Positions 53,078 through 63,162 are shown, counted from the stretch's first letter. The stretch is 64,000 nt of DNA from an uncultured Phycisphaeraceae bacterium (GCA_964440605.1 CAYTSW010000003.1:5421-69420); one strand, 5' to 3'. A program made the numbers and translations. Notes: generated by a model not told the origin, from the letters alone.

Positions 53078-54841
53078 TCAGCCGATGATCGACCGCCGAT
53101 GTTTGACGTAATCCCAGAGGACGAAGCGATCGAGGTCGTCGCCGCCCGTGAAGAACACGCGGCCGCCGGAGTGCTGGGCCACCCTGTGCGCGAACTGCAC
53201 GTCCTCCGACGACTGGCTCCAGCTCGGGATCAGGAAGATGTTGATGGTGATGCCCTCGCGCTTGCACGCCAGCGCCTCGCGCATGGTGGCGCTTTCGGTG
53301 AGCGGGTCGGGCGGGTAGAGGAGGTAGAGATGCTCGCCCTCGAAGTGGGCGGTCGGCAGGCCGTCGGTGATGAGCATGATCTGGCGGTTGGGCGTGTCCT
53401 GGTGCGACAGCATCTGGCGGCTCAAGCGCAGCGCGTGCTGGATGTTCGTGAAGTGCGGTGGGAGCATTTCTTCGGTGACGTTCGGGTCCGACAGATCCGC
53501 CCGCAGACGCACGACGGGCTGGCGGATCGTCACCGGCTTGGGCATGAGCTCCACGACGCCGCCCGGCGGGACGAGCTTGGCGATCGAATACATCTCGAAG
53601 AAGAAGAGCCGATCGCCGGGGTATTCAGAGCGGATGAGCCCATCGAGAGCGAGGCCCATGCGCTTGGCGTCGACGTACTGCCCGCCGTGACGCATGGAGC
53701 CGGACATATCCATGATGACCGCGGTGGCGCACTTGGGCGTGTTGCGCGTGCGGTGGATCTCGATGTCCTCGGGCCGCAGCGTCAGGCGCCCGGGGTTGTC
53801 CATCTGTACCCCCGACTGTCGGATCAGCGCGTTGGTGAACGACTGCGGGATGTCCATGTTCGCCGCCGAGTCGCCGAACTCATACGCCTTGGTCGTCGGC
53901 AACTCCACGGCGCCTTCGCCCGCGATGGGCCCGGCATGACGGCCCGACCGCGCGGCTTGCAAATCGGAGAAGATCGTGCTCAGCAGCTTGCCCTGGAAGA
54001 GCTTGTACGCCTTGGGCGTGAGCCGGTAGCCGCCGCCGGCCTCCTCCTCGAGACCCTGGCGGCGCGCCTCTTCGCGCATCATCTCCTCGACCTGCTTCTG
54101 GAACCCCTGGAGTTGTTCGACGTCGGCGTCTTCGACGAACTCGCGCAGCTCGTCGAGGTCGATCACGGCGATCTTGGCGTTCTTCATCGCCTCTTCGAGT
54201 TGCTCGAGCAGCTTGTCGATCGTCTCGAGTTCCTGCTTCACCTCCAGCGCCTTGGGCACGTCCATGTCGGTGCGCCCCGTGAAGTGGTACTTGGCCGCGA
54301 GATCCTCCACCTGGTAGCGCTCGCCCAGCGTCTCCATGAGGTGCAAGAGCCCCACGGCGACGGGCGACTGCTCGCCCTCGGGCGTCTCGGCGACGCGGTA
54401 CCAGAGCTTGCGCATCTGCCGCGGGCTTTCGTTGACGACGGCTTCGTCGATCGCTTCGCGTATCTCGCGATCGTCCGCTCGCTCGCGCACGCGCTCGGCG
54501 CCCTCGCGGTACGCGCGCTCGGCGGTCCGCTGCACCGCCTCCGTCTCGTACGTCGCGAGGATCTTCGCCTTGCGCTCTTCGAGCAGGCGGCGGATGGCGT
54601 CGAGAGACGGGCCGAGGCCGGCGATCTGCGACGGGTCGATCTTCACCGCGTCGGCGAGCTCTTCGGGCGTGAGCCGACGCGCCGAGCCGTACCGCATCAT
54701 GTGCTCGAACGCCGCCGAGGCCATGTCGGGCGGCGGCGCGGTGGGCGAGGGGTACTCCGAGGGCGTGTAGCCGAGGTAGGTGTGGATGATGCCGCCGAGC
54801 GTGCGCCGTGGCTTGGACTTGTCGCCTTCATGCGCGCTCAT
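53078..54841 (-). CDS. von Willebrand factor A (VWA) domain protein
   Basis: ATG 54841 ([10 protein letters not shown]...) overlaps the upstream stop (ATGA at 54838..54841). MIDAS motif [10 protein letters not shown] in the C-terminal half. 587 aa. Confidence 0.8.
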   Translation of the reverse strand: MSAHEGDKSKPRRTLGGIIHTYLGYTPSEYPSPTAPPPDMASAAFEHMMRYGSARRLTPEELADAVKIDPSQIAGLGPSLDAIRRLLEERKAKILATYETEAVQRTAERAYREGAERVRERADDREIREAIDEAVVNESPRQMRKLWYRVAETPEGEQSPVAVGLLHLMETLGERYQVEDLAAKYHFTGRTDMDVPKALEVKQELETIDKLLEQLEEAMKNAKIAVIDLDELREFVEDADVEQLQGFQKQVEEMMREEARRQGLEEEAGGGYRLTPKAYKLFQGKLLSTIFSDLQAARSGRHAGPIAGEGAVELPTTKAYEFGDSAANMDIPQSFTNALIRQSGVQMDNPGRLTLRPEDIEIHRTRNTPKCATAVIMDMSGSMRHGGQYVDAKRMGLALDGLIRSEYPGDRLFFFEMYSIAKLVPPGGVVELMPKPVTIRQPVVRLRADLSDPNVTEEMLPPHFTNIQHALRLSRQMLSHQDTPNRQIMLITDGLPTAHFEGEHLYLLYPPDPLTESATMREALACKREGITINIFLIPSWSQSSEDVQFAHRVAQHSGGRVFFTGGDDLDRFVLWDYVKHRRSIIG

Positions 54842-56268
54842 AGCTGGTACTCGACGACGCCGAAGCGTTCGGCACGGCTCACCTTGTCGCTCGCCCAGAG
54901 ACCCGCGAGCACGAACTCCACGCAGCTCGCCCGCACCGCGGCGTCGTCGCTCGCGTTCACCTCGAAGGCCTTGTCCCACACGGGCGGCACACGCTTGAGC
55001 ATCTCGGCGTAGTGGGCGCTGGGGAGCGTGTCGCCGACTTCGATGCGCGTGCCCTCGGCGAAGAGTTCGGCGATCTCAGCGAAGCCGTGCTCGCTGACGT
55101 ACTCCTCGAAGACGTTGCGGATGGCCTCGGCGAAGATCGCGTCGAGCGCTTGCCGCTCCGTGAGCTGGTGTGACGACATCAGGTCCAGCTCGAGCTTGCC
55201 CGCGGCCGAGGCGTGGAAGTGGGCGAGGTCGGAGATGCGCGGCACCGCGGGCGTCGGCTCGCGCTTGCTCGCGAGCTTGATGGCGCGCTGGCGGGCGCTG
55301 GCGACCATCGTGCGGTAGTTCGCGATCGAGAACCGCGCCGAGACGCCCGACTCCTGATCGACGTACGCGCTCGTGCGCGCCACGCGGGCCATCTCCTCGC
55401 ACACCTCGAGCATGAACCGCGGCACCTGCACGGGGAACTCGCCCCCGAGGTCGGTGTCGGACTCGCTCAGGATGATCTCGATGCCCAGGTCGCGCTCGCG
55501 CGGGTAGTGCGTGTGGATCGTCGTGCCGATGCGGTCCTTGAGCTGCGGGATGACCTTGCCCGAGCGGTTGTACGTGCTCGGGTTGGCCGAGAAGAGGATG
55601 AGCACATCGAGGTCAAACGAGACCGGGTAGCCGCGGATCTGGATGTCGCGCTCTTCCAGGGCGTTGAAGAGGCCGACCTGCACGAGTTCGTCGAGGTCGG
55701 GCAGTTCGTTCATCGCGAACATGCCGCGGTGCATGCGCGGCACAAGACCGAAGTGCAGCGCGTCCTCCGTCGACATGCTCACGCCCGAGGCGAGCTTGGC
55801 GGGGTCGATCTCGCCGATGATGTCGGCGAACTTCGTCCCCGGCGCCAGCCGCTCGGCATACCGCTTCTCGCGGCTCCACCAGGCGATGGGCAACTCCTCG
55901 GGCGAGCGGTGCCCGATGGCGGCCTGGCCCATCGATGTGATCGGGTGCGTCGGGTCTTCGTGCACCGGACAACCGGGCAGGTCGAGGTACGGCACCCACG
56001 GGTCGAGGAAGTCGCGCAGGCGGCGCATCAGGCGGCTCTTGGCCTGGCCTTTCTCGCCGAGGAAGAGCAGGTCGTGCCCCGCGAGGATGCCGTTGACGAG
56101 TTCGGGGATGACGGTGTCGTCGTAGCCGACGATGCCAGGGAAGAGCTCATCGCCGCGTTTGAGCGCCTCGACGAGGTTGTCGCGCAGTTCGTCTTTGATG
56201 GTTTTCGAGCGCCAACCGCTGGCCTGGAGAGCGGCGAGCGTGCGGATGTCGGGCGCGTGGTCGGTCAT
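54838..56268 (-). CDS. ChlI/BchI-like AAA+ ATPase (Mg-chelatase subunit I family; often auto-annotated as sigma-54-interacting)
   Basis: ATG 56268 ([10 protein letters not shown]...). Walker [12 protein letters not shown] and Walker B-like [11 protein letters not shown]. 476 aa. Coupled to the VWA gene. Confidence 0.85.
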   Translation of the reverse strand: MTDHAPDIRTLAALQASGWRSKTIKDELRDNLVEALKRGDELFPGIVGYDDTVIPELVNGILAGHDLLFLGEKGQAKSRLMRRLRDFLDPWVPYLDLPGCPVHEDPTHPITSMGQAAIGHRSPEELPIAWWSREKRYAERLAPGTKFADIIGEIDPAKLASGVSMSTEDALHFGLVPRMHRGMFAMNELPDLDELVQVGLFNALEERDIQIRGYPVSFDLDVLILFSANPSTYNRSGKVIPQLKDRIGTTIHTHYPRERDLGIEIILSESDTDLGGEFPVQVPRFMLEVCEEMARVARTSAYVDQESGVSARFSIANYRTMVASARQRAIKLASKREPTPAVPRISDLAHFHASAAGKLELDLMSSHQLTERQALDAIFAEAIRNVFEEYVSEHGFAEIAELFAEGTRIEVGDTLPSAHYAEMLKRVPPVWDKAFEVNASDDAAVRASCVEFVLAGLWASDKVSRAERFGVVEYQL

Positions 56269-56412
56269 GCGTGCGGTTCCCCGGCGTGGTGCGGATCGAA
56301 CGCTAGGCGCGGCCGGCAGGCGCCCAAGGCTCGCGACGCACATCGGTGCGCCGGCTGCCGGAAACACGTTTGGCGGAAACCTGTACTCCAACCGGGCAAG
56401 CCCCCGCATCGA

Positions 56413-57009
56413 CTACGCGCTGCCGACGCCGGACTCGACCGCGCCGGGCGCCCGCGCACCGCACTCCGGACACACCGCCCCGCCTGGCAGCCCAACGCGG
56501 TCGTACCCGCACCCGGCACAAACCGCGAAGTCGACCGGCTCGCGGGTGACCCTCTCGGTCTCCAGCGGCACCCGCACCACCACCGTCGCGACGAGCGCCG
56601 GCAACTGCAGCGTCAACATCGACGCCAACAAAGGCGCAGACCAACCACTGAAGAAGTACCACGCGAGCCCCGCGACCGGCAGAATCGCGACCGACGCCAC
56701 CACGCGCGAGAGTTGTGGGTCCGACTCCGAGCGCCGCGGCGACGCGGCATCGAGCACCTGCGCCAGCAAGAGTGCGGGCAAGCCCAACACCACGCCCATC
56801 GCCGCGAAGAGTGCCACGAGAACAACGCCGCCCACCAACACGACCGGTGCCCACGCCGTCAACAAAGACAGGTTCCAGCCCAGCACCACAAGCAGCACGA
56901 CGACACCGACGCCCGCGTTCATCTCGAACGTTCGGCGCACGCGCCTGGGCAGCAGTTCGCTCGATGCCGCAACGGGCCCGGTTTCCCGCTCGCGGCCGCT
57001 CGCGCTCAC
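56413..57009 (-). CDS. Membrane protein with C-terminal zinc-ribbon (CxxC...CxxC)
   Basis: 198 aa with a GTG start and about 4 TM segments. The C-terminus is CAGCGYDRVGLPGGAVCPECG. Begins 6 nt after the upstream gene. Confidence 0.55.
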   Translation of the reverse strand: MSASGRERETGPVAASSELLPRRVRRTFEMNAGVGVVVLLVVLGWNLSLLTAWAPVVLVGGVVLVALFAAMGVVLGLPALLLAQVLDAASPRRSESDPQLSRVVASVAILPVAGLAWYFFSGWSAPLLASMLTLQLPALVATVVVRVPLETERVTREPVDFAVCAGCGYDRVGLPGGAVCPECGARAPGAVESGVGSA

Positions 57010-57014
57010 GAGTC

Positions 57015-57701
57015 TCAGACCCCGGCGAACTGGCGCTTGACCTGTTCGTCCAGCTCCATCCGATCACCCGAAATATCGCGCTCGTCCGTGGGCCGCGGCC
57101 ACTCCACACGCACCCGCGCATCGAACAGCTCGAGCAGTTGCCGCAGTTGCCGCTCGACCGAACGCCGTGCCTCCTCGGCGTAGCGCTGCTCGCTGCGCTG
57201 AAACAGTTCGGCCGCCTGCTCGCGCGCCGATTCCATGAGATCGGCCTGCGTCTGCGCCGTCATGGGGATGACGTCCACCAAACCCATGATCCGCCCGGCC
57301 TGGATGTCGTACGGCTTCACGTCGGCGAGGCGTAGCGTGCCCTCCACGTCGGGCAGACGGATCAGGAAACAGTCTTCCGCCTCCTGCACCACGTCCTCCG
57401 GACGCAGGCGGTTGAGGTCGATGAAGTACTGCTTGTCGAACGCGAAGATCATCGCGATCTTCGCCTGGCTCATCACGATCGGGGGCAGCCAGCCCCACCC
57501 GCGCGTCATCGTCGCGATCTCCTTGGCGTGCACCTCCAGCCCCACCAGCTTGCCCACCGCCCGCACGCGCTCGGTCACGAGGTCCGTCGCTACCACCTGC
57601 GTCGGCGCCTTGCGCCCCGACCGGCGTACGAGCAACAGCACCGCACCGACGGTCACGCCGCCCAACGCAACCCCGGCAATCAACAAAAGAGCTTCAGTCA
57701 T
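57015..57701 (-). CDS. Single-pass membrane protein, DUF4230-like (assignment from memory)
   Basis: 228 aa with an N-terminal TM (ALLLIAGVALGGVTVGAVLLLV) and coding-like codon bias. Confidence 0.6.
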   Translation of the reverse strand: MTEALLLIAGVALGGVTVGAVLLLVRRSGRKAPTQVVATDLVTERVRAVGKLVGLEVHAKEIATMTRGWGWLPPIVMSQAKIAMIFAFDKQYFIDLNRLRPEDVVQEAEDCFLIRLPDVEGTLRLADVKPYDIQAGRIMGLVDVIPMTAQTQADLMESAREQAAELFQRSEQRYAEEARRSVERQLRQLLELFDARVRVEWPRPTDERDISGDRMELDEQVKRQFAGV

Positions 57702-57788
57702 GCGTCATTGTTGGTCGGAAGCGGGCGCGGCGCGTTTCAGACGTCCCGACACCCCTCGCAGACGCAGTGAGAGCGGTTCTACGCCTAT

Positions 57789-58634
57789 TCAGGCCCCGGT
57801 GGTCTGGGCCGCGGCGGCTTCTTCGGGCGAACGGTCCGCCACCTCGAAGGAACGGATCAGGCAGTTGCCCGCCGCCGCCGCGAACGCCAGACCGAGAAAG
57901 AACCCCGTCACGACGCCCGCCGCCACCGCGAGCTTGCCAAACGTCCCCGCCTGCGGCGGCAGGCCGGCGAGGTACGCCAAGCCCGCGAGGATCGCCCCGA
58001 GCACGGCCCCCGCGCCCGCCGCTCGAATCAGATACCACACCGACCGCTCGGGCCGCCGCGACCAGACGTGCACCGCGGCGCACACGATCGCTATCAGCCC
58101 CACCCCGAGCGACGCGATCATCAGCGGCATCATCCGCACGCCGGCGTACACCTTGAACTGACTGGCCTCGCCCCGACCCAGCAGCGTCGCCGGCAACTGA
58201 GGCTCGCCCAACGCGCCGAGCACCACGAAGGGCCCGGCGCAGGTCAACAGCGCCAACGCCAACGCATCGTTCGTACCGCCACGCACAATCCGCACCCCGA
58301 GGAATCCCGCCAGCGCCGCGCTGATCGCAAACAGCACGTCGAAGAAGGCCGGGCGGTTATCCACCCCCTCGATCATCGTGAGCGCGAGCACGCCCAGCGC
58401 CAACACGCCCCCGAGCGCCAACACCCCCCCGCCCACCAGCGGGGCGCTCGTGCGCACGATCCGCGCCAGCGGCATCACCGCGGCGCTCGCCTTCGGGCCC
58501 AGCCGCTTCCGCGCGGCGTCGTCGCTCGTCTGACTCGTCGGATCGCTGGTCATCCACTCACTCGCGTCGCTCGCCTGTACCGGCGGAAGGCCATCGTACG
58601 CCCATCCGCTCCCCTCGGTTCGTCGCTCCGTCAC
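57789..58634 (-). CDS. Polytopic membrane protein, function unknown
   Basis: 281 aa with at least 6 hydrophobic segments. The GTG start overlaps the GGDEF gene stop (GTGA at 58631..58634). Confidence 0.6.
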   Translation of the reverse strand: MTERRTEGSGWAYDGLPPVQASDASEWMTSDPTSQTSDDAARKRLGPKASAAVMPLARIVRTSAPLVGGGVLALGGVLALGVLALTMIEGVDNRPAFFDVLFAISAALAGFLGVRIVRGGTNDALALALLTCAGPFVVLGALGEPQLPATLLGRGEASQFKVYAGVRMMPLMIASLGVGLIAIVCAAVHVWSRRPERSVWYLIRAAGAGAVLGAILAGLAYLAGLPPQAGTFGKLAVAAGVVTGFFLGLAFAAAAGNCLIRSFEVADRSPEEAAAAQTTGA

Positions 58635-59680
58635 GCCGCCTTCAGCGCCCGCGTCGCCCTGTTCCGCCCCGCCCGCTTGCTCGCGTACAAGGCCTGATCC
58701 GCCAGGCGTTTGAGGTGCGCCGTGTTCTGCGCGCCGTGCTCACGCACCAGCGCGATCCCCGCGCTCACCCCGGGCCAGGGCGCCGCGAGGCCCGCGCCCG
58801 CCGGGTGACGCGCGAACAGGTCGATGATCCGCTTCGCCGCCGCCTCGGCCCGCGGCCCGTCCGTGCCCGCCATGACGAGAAAGAACTCGTCGCCTCCGAT
58901 GCGCGCCGCCAAGTCGCCCTCGCGGATGTGGGCCCCGAGCAGATCGCCGATGATCTTCAACGCTCGATCCCCCGTCTCGTGCCCGCAGGTGTCGTTCAGA
59001 CGCTTGAAGTGGTCGAGGTCCATCGCGATCAGCGCAAGCTCCTCGCCCGTCGCGCGCGCCTGATCGATCAATCGCTCCAGCGCACCATCGAATCCCCGCC
59101 TGTTGTAGAGGCCTGTCAGCTCATCACGCTCCGAGAGGTGCTGGAGATGGGCCGTCCGTCGCGACGCCTCGCGATGCACCAGCGCGTCGAGCTCGCGCCG
59201 CAGCCGCGCCGCCTCGAGCCGGTCGCGGTGGGCCGAGGTGAGCGCGCCGTGCACCGCCCGTGCCAGCGGCCCGAGGAGCGGGTCGTCGCCCTCCTCGAGC
59301 AGACGCTGGAACGAATCCGCGCGATCACTCGTGGCCAGCGTCCGGATCCGCCCGATGATGCGCTCGCGCCGACCCAGCGTCGACGTTGCCGGCCGCACGA
59401 CCAGAGGCCGCGCCACGCACACCCCAACGAACAGGCTCAGCCCCAGCCCCCCCAGCAATGCGCCCGCGGTCGGCGCACCGACCGCGAGCATCGCGAACGC
59501 CGATACCGCCTGCAGCGCGCACACCAGCATCACCAACGCCCCCACACGCGACGCGACCACGACGCGGGCCGACGGCTCGACGGCCCCGTCCACCGGCGCT
59601 CCAGACTGGTCTGGCCCGTGTTCCACGGTTGCGCCATCGGCGGCTCGGCCCGCCCACTTTCGAGCGGCTGCACCCCTCAT
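58631..59680 (-). CDS. Membrane-anchored diguanylate cyclase (GGDEF domain)
   Basis: ELTGLYNRRGF...IAMDLDHFKRLNDTCGHETGD...ARIGGDEFFLV. ATG 59680 is preferred; GTG 59761 is the longest-ORF alternative. Confidence 0.85.
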   Translation of the reverse strand: MRGAAARKWAGRAADGATVEHGPDQSGAPVDGAVEPSARVVVASRVGALVMLVCALQAVSAFAMLAVGAPTAGALLGGLGLSLFVGVCVARPLVVRPATSTLGRRERIIGRIRTLATSDRADSFQRLLEEGDDPLLGPLARAVHGALTSAHRDRLEAARLRRELDALVHREASRRTAHLQHLSERDELTGLYNRRGFDGALERLIDQARATGEELALIAMDLDHFKRLNDTCGHETGDRALKIIGDLLGAHIREGDLAARIGGDEFFLVMAGTDGPRAEAAAKRIIDLFARHPAGAGLAAPWPGVSAGIALVREHGAQNTAHLKRLADQALYASKRAGRNRATRALKAA

Positions 59681-59739
59681 GTGTCCCGACAACCCCCCCG
59701 CCGCCGTTCCCCGATCGCCCACCGCCGTGAACCGAGGGT

Positions 59740-60615
59740 TTACACCCCGACCGGGTGCCACACCGTTTTCATCTCAACCAACGGCTCGATGACCCAGGGC
59801 GATTCTCGGACCCCGTTGTCGTACCACTCATCGTCATTCACCGTCATCGTGCGCACCCGCTTAACGTTCTCGCTCGCGCCGCCGCGGAGCGTGCGCGCAA
59901 CGTCATCGCCCACGTTCGCCGCGGTGACGGCCGCGATGCCCCGGTGCTCGGCGATCCACGACGCCAACTGCTCCGGATCACCCGTGAGGATGTTCAGCAC
60001 GCCCGCCGGCACGTCGCTCGTCGCGCAGACCTCGCCCAACACGCTCGCGGGCACCGGGTTGCCCGGGCCGGCGACCGCGACCACCGCGTTCCCCGCGCAC
60101 AACGCCGGCGCCACCAGCGACACCAGCCCAAGCAGGCCCGGCGACGCGCCGCACACCGCGACCACCACGCCTGTCGGCTCCGGCGCGGTGAAGACGTAGT
60201 ACGGACCGTTGACCGCGTTGCAGCAGCCCAGCACCTGCGACAGCTTGTCCGTCCACCCCGCGAACGCCACCAGACGATCCACCGAAGCCTCCACCTCACG
60301 CCTCGCCTGCGACTCAGCCACCGCCCCGGTGATGGTCAACGCCTCGACCATCTCGCTCCGCTTGCCCTCGAGCATCTCGGCCATGCGGTAAAGGATCTGC
60401 CCGCGGTTGTAGGCGGCCCGAGCCGCCCATCCCGCCTGCGCACCGTCGGCGACACGCACCGCGTCGCGCAGGTCCTTGCGCGACGCCCGGCAGGCGTGCC
60501 CCGCCGTGCGGCCCGAGCCATCGACGACGGGCAGCGTGCGCCCCGACTCCGAGCGCGGGAACGCGCCGCCCACATACATCTTCCACGTCTTCATGATCGG
60601 CAGTCGCGTGCTCAT
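59740..60615 (-). CDS. Aldehyde-dehydrogenase-like protein lacking the catalytic domain (291 aa)
   Basis: ATG 60615 (MSTRLPIMKTWKMYVGG...). ALDH N-terminal and NAD-binding-like blocks are present (GVVVAVCGASPG..., APALCAGNAVV, GVLNILTGD). The protein ends about where the Glu/Cys catalytic region would begin. Confidence 0.7.
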   Translation of the reverse strand: MSTRLPIMKTWKMYVGGAFPRSESGRTLPVVDGSGRTAGHACRASRKDLRDAVRVADGAQAGWAARAAYNRGQILYRMAEMLEGKRSEMVEALTITGAVAESQARREVEASVDRLVAFAGWTDKLSQVLGCCNAVNGPYYVFTAPEPTGVVVAVCGASPGLLGLVSLVAPALCAGNAVVAVAGPGNPVPASVLGEVCATSDVPAGVLNILTGDPEQLASWIAEHRGIAAVTAANVGDDVARTLRGGASENVKRVRTMTVNDDEWYDNGVRESPWVIEPLVEMKTVWHPVGV

Positions 60616-60706
60616 CGGGGCCCCAGTTCCAGAACGCGTGCGCAGTCTCACGCACCTGCGCAGGATACCCCTCGGGGCCGGCCCGCGTCGTCTGTACAGT
60701 GCACTG

Positions 60707-61534
60707 ATGACCGTTCCGGGCCGCCCATCCAGCCTCCGGGCCTTGCGTATGCGTTCCCGCGCCCACGCGGCGCGTCCGGCCCAGGACGACCAGCCGGACG
60801 AACCTGCCGCCACACCCTTCGACCTCGAGAACGCCAGGCTCCTGCTCGAGCAGGTGCGCTACCTCGTCGACGACGAGCGCAGCTTCGGCGAGAAACTCGT
60901 CAGCGACCGCAAGATCAAGCTCTCCGTCCTCGCGATCATCGCCGGCCTCGGGCTGCTGCGACCGGAGTTCGTCGTCGTCCTGCTCGAGCTGCTCACCTCC
61001 GGCACGATCCCGGGCTGGATCGCCTGCGTCGTGACGGCCTTCACCGCATGGGCCTTGCTCTCGGCGCTGGTGCTCGTCCTCGCCGAGGCACCCGTCCTGC
61101 GCCGCTCGACGCTGCTGAATCCATCGGACGCCGAGAGCACGCCCGACGCCGACACGCCGGACGATGCGAAGGCGGATGAGGACGAGGACGACGACTCCGA
61201 CGACGACGAGCAGGAGCTCTTCGACCCGCAGGTGACCTTCTCCGCCGCGCTCACCGTGCTCTACGGCGAGCCTTCCGAGCCCGACGACTGGCCCGACGCA
61301 CTCGCGGGCATCCGCCGGCGCGTCGAGGAGTATCGCCTGGCTTATGCGCGGCTGGCGTGGAAGAACCGGCGCGTGCGTAAACGCCTCGAGCGCGGCACGA
61401 GCCACTTGATCCTCGGTTTCGTGGGCGTCATTATTCTTCTCGTGCTCGGCTCAGCCGCGAGCCTCGACGATGGTCACGGTTCGGCCGTGGCCCCGACGAA
61501 GGCTCCGAGCACGGAAGGACCGCCCGATGCGTGA
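60707..61534 (+). CDS. Hypothetical membrane protein with poly-acidic linker
   Basis: ATG 60707 with very high third-position GC. Two central TM segments, an Asp/Glu-rich stretch (ADEDEDDDSDDDEQE) and one C-terminal TM. I recognise no family. Confidence 0.65.
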   Translation: MTVPGRPSSLRALRMRSRAHAARPAQDDQPDEPAATPFDLENARLLLEQVRYLVDDERSFGEKLVSDRKIKLSVLAIIAGLGLLRPEFVVVLLELLTSGTIPGWIACVVTAFTAWALLSALVLVLAEAPVLRRSTLLNPSDAESTPDADTPDDAKADEDEDDDSDDDEQELFDPQVTFSAALTVLYGEPSEPDDWPDALAGIRRRVEEYRLAYARLAWKNRRVRKRLERGTSHLILGFVGVIILLVLGSAASLDDGHGSAVAPTKAPSTEGPPDA

Positions 61535-61724
61535 GCGCACGAAACCCATCAAGCCGGTGCATCGCAAGGCAGAGAAGCCCTCGCGCCGCGGGACCGGCGA
61601 CGCGGACTATCTGCGCGAGCTACGCCGCGAGAACGCCGCCCTCCTGCGCGACGAGCGCGACAGGCGGGCGCGTGAGCAGGCGAGCTTCTGGGGGCGCCTG
61701 CTGAGCCGCATCGCGGTGCCCTGA
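61527..61724 (+). CDS. Small basic protein (65 aa), function unknown
   Basis: The ATG overlaps the upstream stop by 8 nt. High third-position GC. Sequence MRERTKPIKPVHRKAEKPSRRG...LRRENAALLRDERDRRAREQ. Confidence 0.45.
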   Translation: MRERTKPIKPVHRKAEKPSRRGTGDADYLRELRRENAALLRDERDRRAREQASFWGRLLSRIAVP

Positions 61725-61739
61725 GCGTCGATCCGTCTC

Positions 61740-62906
61740 TCACCGCACGCGCCGGTCATCCAGCACGCGCACCGTCATCTCGACGTGAGCCGTCACCGTG
61801 AGCTCGCCCGCCTCCACGGGCGTCGGCGCCGAAGCCGCGGCGTCCATCTCCATCCGCGCCACGCCGCGCATCATCGGACGCGGGCCCTGCGTGTCGCCCT
61901 CACGCACCTCGACGATGTCGCCCAGCGGGCGGCCAATCGCCTCGGCGAGCGCCTGCGCGCGCTGCCGCGCGATGCGCATCGCCCGCTTCAACGCCTGCTG
62001 GTACAGCTCCTCGCGGTTGCTGAGCTCGAAACTCACGCCGCTCATGTCGTTGGCGCCGGCCTTGATCGCCGCGTCGATCACCGGGCCGATCGTGTCGATG
62101 TCCGTCGTCACGCGGATGGCCGCGTAGCTCTGGTAGCCCGTCAGCTCGCGCTCGTCGCGATCGCGGCGGTAGGTGTACTGCGGGCTCAGGCTGATCGACA
62201 CCGTCTGCACCTGCTCGTCCTCGGCGCCGGCCTCCTTGACGGCCTTGATCACCGCGTCCATCACGCGATTCGTCTCGCCCTGCGCGGCGCCGGCGGTGTC
62301 GCGCGTGAAGCGCACGCCCACGGTCGTGCTCGCGCGGTCGGGGCGTGCGGTCACCTCGCCGGGGGCTGAAACCGTGATAAGGGTCGGCGCTTGGGCCTCG
62401 TCCGACTGAGCCCGCCGACTCTCCGACGCCGCCCGCCGCGCAACGCGCTCAGCGACGAGCGTCTGTTCGTCCGGCTGGTTCGCCGCCACGATGAGGTCGC
62501 TGGCCATGGACCATGCCTTCGGTTCCGCCGGCGCCGTGAACGTGGTCGCGCCCGCTACCGGGAGTCGGAACACGGTTTCCGCCTGTGCCGCGTCCAACAC
62601 GATCGGGGCATTGCCCCAACCGGGCCCGTACCGATACACCCCCTCCAGGATCACACGCGTCCCGTCGCGGTACAGCGGTCGGAAGACGCCCAGCGAGCCC
62701 TCCCGATACAGCAGATCGGCGATCTGCTTGCTCGTGGCGGGCGGCAGAACGCCGGCCCAACGCTCAAGCGTCGCGCTGCGCACGTCGCCGATCGTGTACG
62801 CGGGCAGGCGCGACGCGACGGCCTGGGCGGGCGGTCCGGCGTGGACCGCTCCGGCCCACACCGACACCAGACAGACGACCGAAGCGACGACAAGCGGCAT
62901 GCGCAT
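61740..62906 (-). CDS. SIMPL-domain (DUF541 / BP26-like) periplasmic protein with extra N-terminal domain
   Basis: ATG 62906 with a GGAG SD and a signal peptide. The C-terminal ~230 aa has the SIMPL pattern (ITVSAPGEV..., VSISLSPQY, QRAQALAEAIGRPLGDIVEV, LTVTAHVEMTVRV). Confidence 0.8.
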   Translation of the reverse strand: MRMPLVVASVVCLVSVWAGAVHAGPPAQAVASRLPAYTIGDVRSATLERWAGVLPPATSKQIADLLYREGSLGVFRPLYRDGTRVILEGVYRYGPGWGNAPIVLDAAQAETVFRLPVAGATTFTAPAEPKAWSMASDLIVAANQPDEQTLVAERVARRAASESRRAQSDEAQAPTLITVSAPGEVTARPDRASTTVGVRFTRDTAGAAQGETNRVMDAVIKAVKEAGAEDEQVQTVSISLSPQYTYRRDRDERELTGYQSYAAIRVTTDIDTIGPVIDAAIKAGANDMSGVSFELSNREELYQQALKRAMRIARQRAQALAEAIGRPLGDIVEVREGDTQGPRPMMRGVARMEMDAAASAPTPVEAGELTVTAHVEMTVRVLDDRRVR

Positions 62907-63007
62907 GGTGATCTCCTTCTCCCTGTGTATAGGTGGGCGGCGCGGGTCGGGTTCGCCCTGATCTCGGCCGGTGCGGGTCCCGATGGCGGCCGCGTCCGGC
63001 GTCGGGG

Positions 63008-63045
63008 CTCAAAACGACATCGGGCGGGCCCTGGAGGCCCGCCCG
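63008..63045 (-). terminator. Rho-independent terminator of the histone-like gene
   Basis: CGGGCGGGCC (63021..63030) pairs with GGCCCGCCCG (63036..63045), followed on the minus strand by ATGTCGTTTTGAG. Confidence 0.6.
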
Positions 63046-63162
63046 TGTCGGTGTGCCGTCGGTGCCCCCAACGCGGGGGCGGTGTGTGCCGGTTCGCGGG
63101 TCGCCCGTGGCGGATCAACCCGGCGGGTGCCTCCGGCGGCGTCTAGGGCCGCCGGGGGCGGG

